Shown here piece by piece: positions 1-15,000 of a stretch of 64,000 nt of DNA. Position numbers and translations under genes: made by a program. Origin of the DNA: Lingula anatina. Lineage: Eukaryota; Animalia; Brachiopoda. The notes under the pieces were generated by a model. The model made no database searches. It saw only the letters and a list, made by a program, of their open reading frames with translations, and was not told where the DNA came from. The stretch covers positions 15,000,587 through 15,064,586 of the forward strand of contig CM120648.1 in assembly GCA_051362555.1 (NCBI GenBank). Reading direction: 5' to 3'. Numbering within the stretch: the stretch's first letter is position 1; each line of letters opens with the position of its first letter.

Positions 1-3000
1 ACAATATATCTGAGAAAACTGAAAATTACATTGAAATCAATGGCAAATTATATGCCTTAAAATAGTTAAACATTAATAATTTTGACAAAACTGGTCCAAT
101 CTTTGTGAAATTTGTGTAAATGATGCTTTACAACAATAAAAATATGAGAAAAATTTATCACGCCCTGTGTCTATTTTAAGTTTTTTTTTATTGCCAATTC
201 ATATCAGAAGAGTGAGAATTTACGAAAACAAATATTCCAATATTCCAATAAATCATTTTATCTCAAATAAAACATCAATTGTGATGACTTGTGTTTGTTT
301 GTGTAGAAAGTGGCAAATTACCTATTATTGTCTTCTGACATACAACATATACCCATTCAAGACTTCTCCTTACTACCAATACAAGATGCCGATTCCTCCT
401 TACAGTGGGTTTCTGGAATCGGTCCGTTAGCACACCATTTGACCATGTCCTAAATCTTCCCACATATTATGTATTGTACACATGGATGAGACATAGTGCT
501 GCTCTTGATGTTGTCTCTCAATGCCTGTTTTTTTCTTAGCCATGAAGAGACAGAAAGAGCCTGCCAACCAAGAAGCCACAAGGCTGCAATATGGAAGGTT
601 TACCTGGAAAAAGGGCAAATTTCATGGAATAAAATAGTTAAATGTTATTAATTTTGACAAATATGGTCTAATGTTTGTGAAATTTGTATAAATGATGCCT
701 AATAACAATAAAAATCTGACATAAGCTTATCAATTGACTGTGTGTAATGAAAACTATTTTTCGGACAATATATTGAAGAAAACTGAAAATAACGTTGAAA
801 ACAAAGGCAAATTTCAAGGATTAAAATAGTTAAATGTTAATAATTTTGACAAATGTGGTCTAATGTTTCTGAAATTTGTACATATGATGCCTAACAACTG
901 TAAAAATCTGACATAGGCCTATCAATTGACTGTGTGTAATGAAAACTACTTTTCGGACATTATACTGAAGAAAACCGATAATAATGTGAAAACAGAGGCA
1001 AATTTCAAGGATTAAAATAGTTAAATGTTAATAATTTTGACAAATGTGGTCTAATATTTGTGAAATTTGTACAAATGATGCTTAACAACTGTAAAAATCT
1101 GAGATAAGATTATCAGTTGCCTGAGTCTAATGAAACAAATTTTTTCACACAATATATCTGAGAAAACTGAAAATTACATTGAAATCAATGGCAAATTAAA
1201 GCCTTAAAATAGTTAAACATTAATAATTGTGAATGAAACAGCTTTTTTCACACAATATATCTGAGAAAACTGAAAATTACATTGAAATCAATGGCAAATT
1301 ATATGCCTTAAAATAGTTAAACATTAATAATTTTGACAAAACTGGTCCAATCTTTGTGAAATTTGTGTAAATGATGCTTTACAACAATAAAAATATGAGA
1401 AAAATTTATCACGCCCTGTGTCTATTTTAAGTTTTTTTTTATTGCCAATTCATATCAGAAGAGTGAGAATTTACGAAAACAAATATTTCAATATTCCAAT
1501 AAATCATTTTATCTCAAATAAAACATCAAATGTGATGACTTGTGTTTGTTTGTGTAGAAAGTGGCAAATTACCTATTATTGTCTTCTGACATACAACATA
1601 TACCCATTCAAGACTTCTCCTTACTACCAATACAAGATGCCGATTCCTCCTTACAGTGGGTTTCTGGAATCGGTCCGTTAGCACACCATTTGACCATGTC
1701 CTAAATCTTCCCACATATTATGTATTGTACACATGAATGAGACATAGCACTGCTCTTGATGTTGTCTCTCAATGCCTGTTTTTTTCTTAGCCATGAAGAG
1801 ACAGAAAGAGTCTGCCAACCAAGAAGCCACAAGGCTGCAATATGGAAGGTTTACCTGGAAAAAGGGCAAATTACATGGAATAAAATAGTTAAATGTTAAT
1901 TATTTTGACAAATATGGTCTAATGTTTGTGAAATTTGTACAAATGATGCCTAATAACAATAAAAATCTGACATAAGCTTATCAATTGACTGTGTGTAATG
2001 AAAACTATTTTTCGGACAATATATTGAAGAAAACCGAAAATAACGTTGAAAACAGAGGCAAATTTCAAGGATTAAAATAGTTAAATGTTAATAATTTTGA
2101 CAAATGTAGTCTAATATTTGTGAAATTTGTACAAATGATGCTTAACAACTGTAAAAATCTGACATAGGCTTATCAATTGACTGTGTGTAATGAAAACTAC
2201 TTTTCGGACAATATACTGAAGAAAACCGATAATAATGTGAAAACAGAGGCAAATTTCAAGGATTAAAATAGTTAAATGTTAATAATTTTGACAAATGTGG
2301 TCTAATATTTGTGAAATTTGTACAAATGATGCTTAACAACTGTAAAAATCTGAGATAAGATTATCAGTTGCCTGAGTCTAATGAAACAGATTTTTTCACA
2401 CAATATATCTGAGAAAACTGAAAATTACATTGAAATCAATGGCAAATTATATGCCTTAAAATAGTTAAACATTAATAATTTTGACAAAACTGGTCCAATC
2501 TTTGTGAAATTTGTGTAAATGATGCTTTACAACAATAAAAATATGAGAAAAATTTATCACGCCCTGTGTCTATTTTAAGTTTTTTTTTATTGCCAATTCA
2601 TATCAGAAGAGTGAGAATTTACGAAAACAAATATTCCAATATTCCAATAAATCATTTTATCTCAAATAAAACATCAAATGTGATGACTTGTGTTTGTTTG
2701 TGTAGAAAGTGGCAAATTACCTATTATTGTCTTCTGACATACAACATATACCCATTCAAGACTTCTCCTTACTACCAATACAAGATGCCGATTCCTCCTT
2801 ACAGTGGGTTTCTGGAATCGGTCCGTTAGCACACCATTTGACCATGTCCTAAATCTTCCCACATATTATGTATTGTACACATGGATGAGACATAGCGCTG
2901 CTCTTGATGTTGTCTCTCAATGCCTGTTTTTTTCTTAGCCATGAAGAGACAGAAAGAGCCTGCCAACCAAGAAGCCACAAGGCTGCAATATGGAAGGTTT

Positions 3001-6000
3001 ACCTGGAAAAAGGGTAAATTTCATGGAATAAAATAGTTAAATGTTATTAATTTTGACAAATATGGTCTAATGTTTGTGAAATTTGTATAAATGATGCCTA
3101 ATAACAATAAAAATCTGACATAAGCTTATCAATTGACTGTGTGTAATGAAAACTATTTTTCGGACAATATATTGAAGAAAACTGAAAATAACGTTGAAAA
3201 CAAAGGCAAATTTCAAGGATTAAAATAGTTAAATGTTAATAATTTTGACAAATGTGGTCTAATGTTTCTGAAATTTGTACATATGATGCCTAATAACAAT
3301 AAAAATCTGACATAAGCTTTTCAATTGACTGTTTGTAATGAAAACTATTTTTTGGACAATATACTGAAGAAAACCGAAAATAACGTTGAAAACAGAGGCA
3401 AATTATAAGGATTAAAATAGTTAAATGTTAATAATTTTGACAAATGTAGTCAAATATTTGTGAAATTTGTACAAATGATGCTTAACAACTGTAAAAATCT
3501 GAGATAAGATTATCAGTTGCCTGAGTCTAATGAAACAGATTTTTTCACACAATATATTTGAGAAAACTGAAAATTACATTGAAATCAATGGCAAGTTATA
3601 TGGCTTAAAATAGTTAAACATTAATAATTGTGACAAAACTGGTCCAATCTTTGTGAAATTTGTGTAAATGATGTTTTACAACAATAAAAATATGAGAAAA
3701 GCTTATCACGCCCTGTGTCTATTTTAAGTTTTTTTTTATTGCCAATTCATATCAGAAGAGTGAGAATTTACGAAAACAAATATTTCAATATTCCAATAAA
3801 TCATTTTATCTCAAATAAAACATCAAATGTGATGACTTGTGTTTGTTTGTGTAGAAAGTGGCAAATTACCTATTATTGTCTTCTGACATACAACATATAC
3901 CCATTCAAGACTTCTCCTTACTACCAATACAAGATGCCGATTCCTCCTTACAGTGGGTTTCTGGAATCGGTCCGTTAGCACACCATTTGACCATGTCCTA
4001 AATCTTCCCACATATTATGTATTGTACACATGAATGAGACATAGCACTGCTCTTGATGTTGTCTCTCAATGCCTGTTTTTTTCTTAGCCATGAAGAGACA
4101 GAAAGAGTCTGCCAACCAAGAAGCCACAAGGCTGCAATATGGAAGGTTTACCTGGAAAAAGGGCAAATTACATGGAATAAAATAGTTAAATGTTAATTAT
4201 TTTGACAAATATGGTCTAATGTTTGTGAAATTTGTACAAATAATGCCTAATAACAATAAAAATCTGACATAAGCTTATCAATTGACTGTGTGTAATGAAA
4301 ACTATTTTTCGGACAATATACTGAAGAAAACCGAAAATAACGTTGAAAACAGAGGCAAATTTCAAGGATTAAAATAGTTAAATGTTAATAATTTTGACAA
4401 ATGTAGTCTAATATTTGTGAAATTTGTACAAATGATGCTTAACAACTGTAAAAATCTGACATAGGCTTATCAATTGACTGTGTGTAATGAAAACTACTTT
4501 TCGGACATTATACTGAAGAAAACCGATAATAATGTGAAAACAGAGGCAAATTTCAAGGATTAAAATAGTTAAATGTTAATAATTTTGACAAATGTGGTCC
4601 AATATTTGTGAAATTTGTACAAATGATGCTTGACAACTGTAAAAATCTGAGATAAGATTATCAGTTGCCTGAGTCTAATGAAACGGATTTTTTCACACAA
4701 TATATCTGAGAAAACTGAAAATTACATTGAAATCAATGGCAAATTATATGCCTTAAAATAGTTAAACATTAATAATTTTGACAAAACTGGTCCAATCTTT
4801 GTGAAATTTGTGTAAATGATGCTTTACAACAATAAAAATATGAGAAAAATTTATCACGCCCTGTGTCTATTTTAAGTTTTTTTTTATTGCCAATTCATAT
4901 CAGAAGAGTGAATATTTACGAAAACAAATATTTCAATATTCCAATAAATCATTTTATCTCAAATAAAACATCAAATGTGATGACTTGTGTTTGTTTGTGT
5001 AGAAAGTGGCAAATTACCTATTATTGTCTTCTGACATACAACATATACCCATTCAAGACTTCTCCTTACTACCAATACAAGATGCCGATTCCTCCTTACA
5101 GTGGGTTTCTGGAATCGGTCCTTTAGCACACCATTTGACCATGTCCTAAATCTTCCCACATATTATGTATTGTACACATGAATGAGACATAGCACTGCTC
5201 TTGATGTTGTCTCTCAATGCCTGTTTTTTTCTTAGCCATGAAGAGACAGAAAGAGTCTGCCAACCAAGAAGCCACAAGGCTGCAATATGGAAGGTTTACC
5301 TGGAAAAAGGGCAAATTACATGGAATAAAATAGTTAAATGTTAATTATTTTGACAAATATGGTCTAATGTTTGTGAAATTTGTACAAATGATGCCTAATA
5401 ACAATAAAAATCTGACATAAGCTTATCAATTGACTGTGTGTAATGAAAACTATTTTTCGGACAATATATTGAAGAAAACCGAAAATAACGTTGAAAACAG
5501 AGGCAAATTTCAAGGATTAAAATAGTTAAATGTTAATAATTTTGACAAATGTAGTCTAATATTTGTGAAATTTGTACAAATGATGCTTAACAACTGTAAA
5601 AATCTGACATAGGCTTATCAATTGACTGTGTGTAATGAAAACTACTTTTCGGACAATATACTGAAGAAAACCGATAATAATGTGAAAACAGAGGCAAATT
5701 TCAAGGATTAAAATAGTTAAATGTTAATAATTTTGACAAATGTGGTCTAATATTTGTGAAATTTGTACAAATGATGCTTAACAACTGTAAAAATCTGAGA
5801 TAAGATTATCAGTTGCCTGAGTCTAATGAAACAGATTTTTTCACACAATATATCTGAGAAAACTGAAAATTACATTGAAATCAATGGCAAATTATATGCC
5901 TTAAAATAGTTAAACATTAATAATTTTGACAAAACTGGTCCAATCTTTGTGAAATTTGTGTAAATGATGCTTTACAACAATAAAAATATGAGAAAAATTT

Positions 6001-9000
6001 ATCACGCCCTGTGTCTATTTTAAGTTTTTTTTTATTGCCAATTCATATCAGAAGAGTGAGAATTTACGAAAACAAATATTCCAATATTCCAATAAATCAT
6101 TTTATCTCAAATAAAACATCAATTGTGATGACTTGTGTTTGTTTGTGTAGAAAGTGGCAAATTACCTATTATTGTCTTCTGACATACAACATATACCCAT
6201 TCAAGACTTCTCCTTACTACCAATACAAGATGCCGATTCCTCCTTACAGTGGGTTTCTGGAATCGGTCCGTTAGCACACCATTTGACCATGTCCTAAATC
6301 TTCCCACATATTATGTATTGTACACATGGATGAGACATAGTGCTGCTCTTGATGTTGTCTCTCAATGCCTGTTTTTTTCTTAGCCATGAAGAGACAGAAA
6401 GAGCCTGCCAACCAAGAAGCCACAAGGCTGCAATATGGAAGGTTTACCTGGAAAAAGGGCAAATTTCATGGAATAAAATAGTTAAATGTTATTAATTTTG
6501 ACAAATATGGTCTAATGTTTGTGAAATTTGTATAAATGATGCCTAATAACAATAAAAATCTGACATAAGCTTATCAATTGACTGTGTGTAATGAAAACTA
6601 TTTTTCGGACAATATATTGAAGAAAACTGAAAATAACGTTGAAAACAAAGGCAAATTTCAAGGATTAAAATAGTTAAATGTTAATAATTTTGACAAATGT
6701 GGTCTAATGTTTCTGAAATTTGTACATATGATGCCTAACAACTGTAAAAATCTGACATAGGCCTATCAATTGACTGTGTGTAATGAAAACTACTTTTCGG
6801 ACATTATACTGAAGAAAACCGATAATAATGTGAAAACAGAGGCAAATTTCAAGGATTAAAATAGTTAAATGTTAATAATTTTGACAAATGTGGTCTAATA
6901 TTTGTGAAATTTGTACAAATGATGCTTAACAACTGTAAAAATCTGAGATAAGATTATCAGTTGCCTGAGTCTAATGAAACAAATTTTTTCACACAATATA
7001 TCTGAGAAAACTGAAAATTACATTGAAATCAATGGCAAATTAAAGCCTTAAAATAGTTAAACATTAATAATTGTGAATGAAACAGCTTTTTTCACACAAT
7101 ATATCTGAGAAAACTGAAAATTACATTGAAATCAATGGCAAATTATATGCCTTAAAATAGTTAAACATTAATAATTTTGACAAAACTGGTCCAATCTTTG
7201 TGAAATTTGTGTAAATGATGCTTTACAACAATAAAAATATGAGAAAAATTTATCACGCCCTGTGTCTATTTTAAGTTTTTTTTTATTGCCAATTCATATC
7301 AGAAGAGTGAGAATTTACGAAAACAAATATTTCAATATTCCAATAAATCATTTTATCTCAAATAAAACATCAAATGTGATGACTTGTGTTTGTTTGTGTA
7401 GAAAGTGGCAAATTACCTATTATTGTCTTCTGACATACAACATATACCCATTCAAGACTTCTCCTTACTACCAATACAAGATGCCGATTCCTCCTTACAG
7501 TGGGTTTCTGGAATCGGTCCGTTAGCACACCATTTGACCATGTCCTAAATCTTCCCACATATTATGTATTGTACACATGAATGAGACATAGCACTGCTCT
7601 TGATGTTGTCTCTCAATGCCTGTTTTTTTCTTAGCCATGAAGAGACAGAAAGAGTCTGCCAACCAAGAAGCCACAAGGCTGCAATATGGAAGGTTTACCT
7701 GGAAAAAGGGCAAATTACATGGAATAAAATAGTTAAATGTTAATTATTTTGACAAATATGGTCTAATGTTTGTGAAATTTGTACAAATGATGCCTAATAA
7801 CAATAAAAATCTGACATAAGCTTATCAATTGACTGTGTGTAATGAAAACTATTTTTCGGACAATATATTGAAGAAAACCGAAAATAACGTTGAAAACAGA
7901 GGCAAATTTCAAGGATTAAAATAGTTAAATGTTAATAATTTTGACAAATGTAGTCTAATATTTGTGAAATTTGTACAAATGATGCTTAACAACTGTAAAA
8001 ATCTGACATAGGCTTATCATTTGACTGTGTGTAATGAAAACTACTTTTCGGACAATATACTGAAGAAAACCGATAATAATGTGAAAACAGAGGCAAATTT
8101 CAAGGATTAAAATAGTTAAATGTTAATAATTTTGACAAATGTGGTCTAATATTTGTGAAATTTGTACAAATGATGCTTAACAACTGTAAAAATCTGAGAT
8201 AAGATTATCAGTTGCCTGAGTCTAATGAAACAGATTTTTTCACACAATATATCTGAGAAAACTGAAAATTACATTGAAATCAATGGCAAATTATATGCCT
8301 TAAAATAGTTAAACATTAATAATTTTGACAAAACTGGTCCAATCTTTGTGAAATTTGTGTAAATGATGCTTTACAACAATAAAAATATGAGAAAAATTTA
8401 TCACGCCCTGTGTCTATTTTAAGTTTTTTTTTATTGCCAATTCATATCAGAAGAGTGAGAATTTACGAAAACAAATATTCCAATATTCCAATAAATCATT
8501 TTATCTCAAATAAAACATCAATTGTGATGACTTGTGTTTGTTTGTGAAGAAAGTGGCAAATTACCTATTATTGTCTTCTGACATACAACATATACCCATT
8601 CAAGACTTCTCCTTACTACCAATACAAGATGCCGATTCCTCCTTACAGTGGGTTTCTGGAATCGGTCCGTTAGCACACCATTTGACCATGTCCTAAATCT
8701 TCCCACATATTATGTATTGTACACATGGATGAGACATAGTGCTGCTCTTGATGTTGTCTCTCAATGCCTGTTTTTTTCTTAGCCATGAAGAGACAGAAAG
8801 AGCCTGCCAACCAAGAAGCCACAAGGCTGCAATATGGAAGGTTTACCTGGAAAAAGGGCAAATTTCATGGAATAAAATAGTTAAATGTTATTAATTTTGA
8901 CAAATATGGTCTAATGTTTGTGAAATTTGTATAAATGATGCCTAATAACAATAAAAATCTGACATAAGCTTATCAATTGACTGTGTGTAATGAAAACTAT

Positions 9001-12000
9001 TTTTCGGACAATATATTGAAGAAAACTGAAAATAACGTTGAAAACAAAGGCAAATTTCAAGGATTAAAATAGTTAAATGTTAATAATTTTGACAAATGTG
9101 GTCTAATGTTTCTGAAATTTGTACATATGATGCCTAACAACTGTAAAAATCTGACATAGGCCTATCAATTGACTGTGTGTAATGAAAACTACTTTTCGGA
9201 CATTATACTGAAGAAAACCGATAATAATGTGAAAACAGAGGCAAATTTCAAGGATTAAAATAGTTAAATGTTAATAATTTTGACAAATGTGGTCTAATAT
9301 TTGTGAAATTTGTACAAATGATGCTTAACAACTGTAAAAATCTGACATAGGCTTATCAATTGACTGTGTGTAATGAAAACTACTTTTCGGACAATATACT
9401 GAAGAAAACCGATAATAATGTGAAAACAGAGGCAAATTTCAAGGATTAAAATAGTTAAATGTTAATAATTTTGACAAATGTGGTCCAATATTTGTGAAAT
9501 TTGTACAAATGATGCTTAACAACTGTAAAAATCTGAGATAAGATTATCAGTTGCCTGAGTCTAATGAAACGGATTTTTTCACACAATATATCTGAGAAAA
9601 CTGAAAATTACATTGAAATCAATGGCAAATTAAAGCCTTAAAATAGTTAAACATTAATAATTGTGACAAAACTGGTCCAATCTTTGTGAAATTTATGTAA
9701 ATGATGCTTTACAACAATAAAAATATGAGAAAAGCTTATCACGCCCTGTGTCTATTTTAAGTTTTTTTTTATTGCCAATTCATATCAGAAGAGTGAGAAT
9801 TTACGAAAACAAATATTTCAATATTCCAATAAATCATTTTATCTCAAATAAAACATCAAATGTGATGACTTGTGTTTGTTTGTGTAGAAAGTGGCAAATT
9901 ACCTATTATTGTCTTCTGACATACAACATATACCCATTCAAGACTTCTCCTTACTACCAATACAAGATGCCGATTCCTCCTTACAGTGGGTTTCTGGAAT
10001 CGGTCCGTTAGCACACCATTTGACCATGTCCTAAATCTTCCCACATATTATGTATTGTACACATGAATGAGACATAGCACTGCTCTTGATGTTGTCTCTC
10101 AATGCCTGTTTTTTTCTTAGCCATGAAGAGACAGAAAGAGTCTGCCAACCAAGAAGCCACAAGGCTGCAATATGGAAGGTTTACCTGGAAAAAGGGCAAA
10201 TTACATGGAATAAAATAGTTAAATGTTAATTATTTTGACAAATATGGTCTAATGTTTGTGAAATTTGTACAAATAATGCCTAATAACAATAAAAATCTGA
10301 CATAAGCTTATCAATTGACTGTGTGTAATGAAAACTATTTTTCGGACAATATATTGAAGAAAACCGAAAATAACGTTGAAAACAGAGGCAAATTTCAAGG
10401 ATTAAAATAGTTAAATGTTAATAATTTTGACAAATGTAGTCTAATATTTGTGAAATTTGTACAAATGATGCTTAACAACTGTAAAAATCTGACATAGGCT
10501 TATCAATTGACTGTGTGTAATGAAAACTACTTTTCGGACAATATACTGAAGAAAACCGATAATAATGTGAAAACAGAGGCAAATTTCAAGGATTAAAATA
10601 GTTAAATGTTAATAATTTTGACAAATGTGGTCTAATATTTGTGAAATTTGTACAAATGATGCTTAACAACTGTAAAAATCTGAGATAAGATTATCAGTTG
10701 CCTGAGTCTAATGAAACAGATTTTTTCACACAATATATCTGAGAAAACTGAAAATTACATTGAAATCAATGGCAAATTATATGCCTTAAAATAGTTAAAC
10801 ATTAATAATTTTGACAAAACTGGTCCAATCTTTGTGAAATTTGTGTAAATGATGCTTTACAACAATGAAAATATGAGAAAAATTTATCACGCCCTGTGTC
10901 TATTTTAAGTTTTTTTTTATTGCCAATTCATATCAGAAGAGTGAGAATTTACGAAAACAAATATTCCAATATTCCAATAAATCATTTTATCTCAAATAAA
11001 ACATCAAATGTGATGACTTGTGTTTGTTTGTGTAGAAAGTGGCAAATTACCTATTATTGTCTTCTGACATACAACATATACCCATTCAAGACTTCTCCTT
11101 ACTACCAATACAAGATGCCGATTCCTCCTTACAGTGGGTTTCTGGAATCGGTCCGTTAGCACACCATTTGACCATGTCCTAAATCTTCCCACATATTATG
11201 TATTGTACACATGAATGAGACATAGCACTGCTCTTGATGTTGTCTCTCAATGCCTGTTTTTTTCTTAGCCATGAAGAGACAGAAAGAGTCTGCCAACCAA
11301 GAAGCCACAAGGCTGCAATATGGAAGGTTTACCTGGAAAAAGGGCAAATTACATGGAATAAAATAGTTAAATGTTAATTATTTTGACAAATATGGTCTAA
11401 TGTTTGTGAAATTTGTACAAATGATGCCTAATAACAATAAAAATCTGACATAAGCTTATCAATTGACTGTGTGTAATGAAAACTATTTTTCGGACAATAT
11501 ATTGAAGAAAACCGAAAATAACGTTGAAAACAGAGGCAAATTTCAAGGATTAAAATAGTTAAATGTTAATAATTTTGACAAATGTAGTCTAATATTTGTG
11601 AAATTTGTACAAATGATGCTTAACAACTGTAAAAATCTGACATAGGCTTATCAATTGACTGTGTGTAATGAAAACTACTTTTCGGACAATATACTGAAGA
11701 AAACCGATAATAATGTGAAAACAGAGGCAAATTTCAAGGATTAAAATAGTTAAATGTTAATAATTTTGACAAATGTGGTCTAATATTTGTGAAATTTGTA
11801 CAAATGATGCTTAACAACTGTAAAAATCTGAGATAAGATTATCAGTTGCCTGAGTCTAATGAAACAGATTTTTTCACACAATATATCTGAGAAAACTGAA
11901 AATTACATTGAAATCAATGGCAAATTATATGCCTTAAAATAGTTAAACATTAATAATTTTGACAAAACTGGTCCAATCTTTGTGAAATTTGTGTAAATGA

Positions 12001-15000
12001 TGCTTTACAACAATAAAAATATGAGAAAAATTTATCACGCCCTGTGTCTATTTTAAGTTTTTTTTTATTGCCAATTCATATCAGAAGAGTGAGAATTTAC
12101 GAAAACAAATATTCCAATATTCCAATAAATCATTTTATCTCAAATAAAACATCAATTGTGATGACTTGTGTTTGTTTGTGTAGAAAGTGGCAAATTACCT
12201 ATTATTGTCTTCTGACATACAACATATACCCATTCAAGACTTCTCCTTACTACCAATACAAGATGCCGATTCCTCCTTACAGTGGGTTTCTGGAATCGGT
12301 CCGTTAGCACACCATTTGACCATGTCCTAAATCTTCCCACATATTATGTATTGTACACATGGATGAGACATAGTGCTGCTCTTGATGTTGTCTCTCAATG
12401 CCTGTTTTTTTCTTAGCCATGAAGAGACAGAAAGAGCCTGCCAACCAAGAAGCCACAAGGCTGCAATATGGAAGGTTTACCTGGAAAAAGGGCAAATTTC
12501 ATGGAATAAAATAGTTAAATGTTATTAATTTTGACAAATATGGTCTAATGTTTGTGAAATTTGTATAAATGATGCCTAATAACAATAAAAATCTGACATA
12601 AGCTTATCAATTGACTGTGTGTAATGAAAACTATTTTTCGGACGATATATTGAAGAAAACTGAAAATAACGTTGAAAACAAAGGCAAATTTCAAGGATTA
12701 AAATAGTTAAATGTTAATAATTTTGACAAATGTGGTCTAATGTTTCTGAAATTTGTACATATGATGCCTAACAACTAAAAAAATCTGACATAGGCTTATC
12801 AATTGACTGTGTTAATGAAAACTACTTTTCGGACATTATACTGAAGAAAACCGATAATAATGTGAAAACAGAGGCAAATTTCAAGGATTAAAATAGTTAA
12901 ATGTTAATAATTTTGACAAATGTGGTCTAATATTTGTGAAATTTGTACAAATGATGCTTAACAACTGTAAAAATCTGAGATAAGATTATCAGTTGCCTGA
13001 GTCTAATGAAACAAATTTTTTCACACAATATATCTGAGAAAACTGAAAATTACATTGAAATCAATGGCAAATTAAAGCCTTAAAATAGTTAAACATTAAT
13101 AATTGTGACAAAACTGGTCCAATCTTTGTGAAATTTATGTAAATGATGCTTTACAACAATAAAAATATGAGAAAAGCTTATCACGCCCTGTGTCTATTTT
13201 AAGTTTTTTTTATTGCCAATTCATATCAGAAGAGTGAGAATTTACGAAAACAAATATTTCAATATTCCAATAAATCATTTTATCTCAAATAAAACATCAA
13301 ATGTGATGACTTGTGTTTGTTTGTGTAGAAAGTGGCAAATTACCTATTATTGTCTTCTGACATACAACATATACCCATTCAAGACTTCTCCTTACTACCA
13401 ATACAAGATGCCGATTCCTCCTTACAGTGGGTTTCTGGAATCGGTCCGTTAGCACACCATTTGACCATGTCCTAAATCTTCCCACATATTATGTATTGTA
13501 CACATGAATGAGACATAGCACTGCTCTTGATGTTGTCTCTCAATGCCTGTTTTTTTCTTAGCCATGAAGAGACAGAAAGAGTCTGCCAACCAAGAAGCCA
13601 CAAGGCTGCAATATGGAAGGTTTACCTGGAAAAAGGGCAAATTACATGGAATAAAATAGTTAAATGTTAATTATTTTGACAAATATGGTCTAATGTTTGT
13701 GAAATTTGTACAAATGATGCCTAATAACAATAAAAATCTGACATAAGCTTATCAATTGACTGTGTGTAATGAAAACTATTTTTCGGACAATATATTGAAG
13801 AAAACCGAAAATAACGTTGAAAACAGAGGCAAATTTCAAGGATTAAAATAGTTAAATGTTAATAATTTTGACAAATGTAGTCTAATATTTGTGAAATTTG
13901 TACAAATGATGCTTAACAACTGTAAAAATCTGACATAGGCTTATCAATTGACTGTGTGTAATGAAAACTACTTTTCGGACAATATACTGAAGAAAACCGA
14001 TAATAATGTGAAAACAGAGGCAAATTTCAAGGATTAAAATAGTTAAATGTTAATAATTTTGACAAATGTGGTCTAATATTTGTGAAATTTGTACAAATGA
14101 TGCTTAACAACTGTAAAAATCTGAGATAAGATTATCAGTTGCCTGAGTCTAATGAAACAGATTTTTTCACACAATATATCTGAGAAAACTGAAAATTACA
14201 TTGAAATCAATGGCAAATTATATGCCTTAAAATAGTTAAACATTAATAATTTTGACAAAACTGGTCCAATCTTTGTGAAATTTGTGTAAATGATGCTTTA
14301 CAACAATAAAAATATGAGAAAAATTTATCACGCCCTGTGTCTATTTTAAGTTTTTTTTTTATTGCCAATTCATATCAGAAGAGTGAGAATTTACGAAAAC
14401 AAATATTCCAATATTCCAATAAATCATTTTATCTCAAATAAAACATCAATTGTGATGACTTGTGTTTGTTTGTGTAGAAAGTGGCAACTTACCTATTATT
14501 GTCTTCTGAAAAACAACATATACCCATTCAAGACTTCTCCTTACTACCAATACAAGATGCCGATTCCTCCTTACAGTGGGTTTCTGGAATCGGTCCGTTA
14601 GCACACCATTTGACCATGTCCTAAATCTTCCCACATATTATGTATTGTACACATGGATGAGACATAGCGCTGCTCTTGATGTTGTCTCTCAATGCCTGTT
14701 TTTTTCTTAGCCATGAAGAGACAGAAAGAGCCTGCCAACCAAGAAGCCACAAGGCTGCAATATGGAAGGTTTACCTGGAAAAAGGGCAAATTTCATGGAA
14801 TAAAATAGTTAAATGTTATTAATTTTGACAAATATGGTCTAATGTTTGTGAAATTTGTATAAATGATGCCTAATAACAATAAAAATCTGACATAAGCTTA
14901 TCAATTGACTGTGTGTAATGAAAACTATTTTTCGGACAATATATTGAAGAAAACTGAAAATAACGTTGAAAACAAAGGCAAATTTCAAGGATTAAAATAG

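Noticed and set aside
1529-1592. Box C/D snoRNA in each satellite core (gtgatga ... ctga)
   Set aside because: Only ~58 nt from C to D, no canonical terminal stem or C'/D' boxes, and no rRNA complement I can recognise. A snoscan run or small RNA-seq would settle it.
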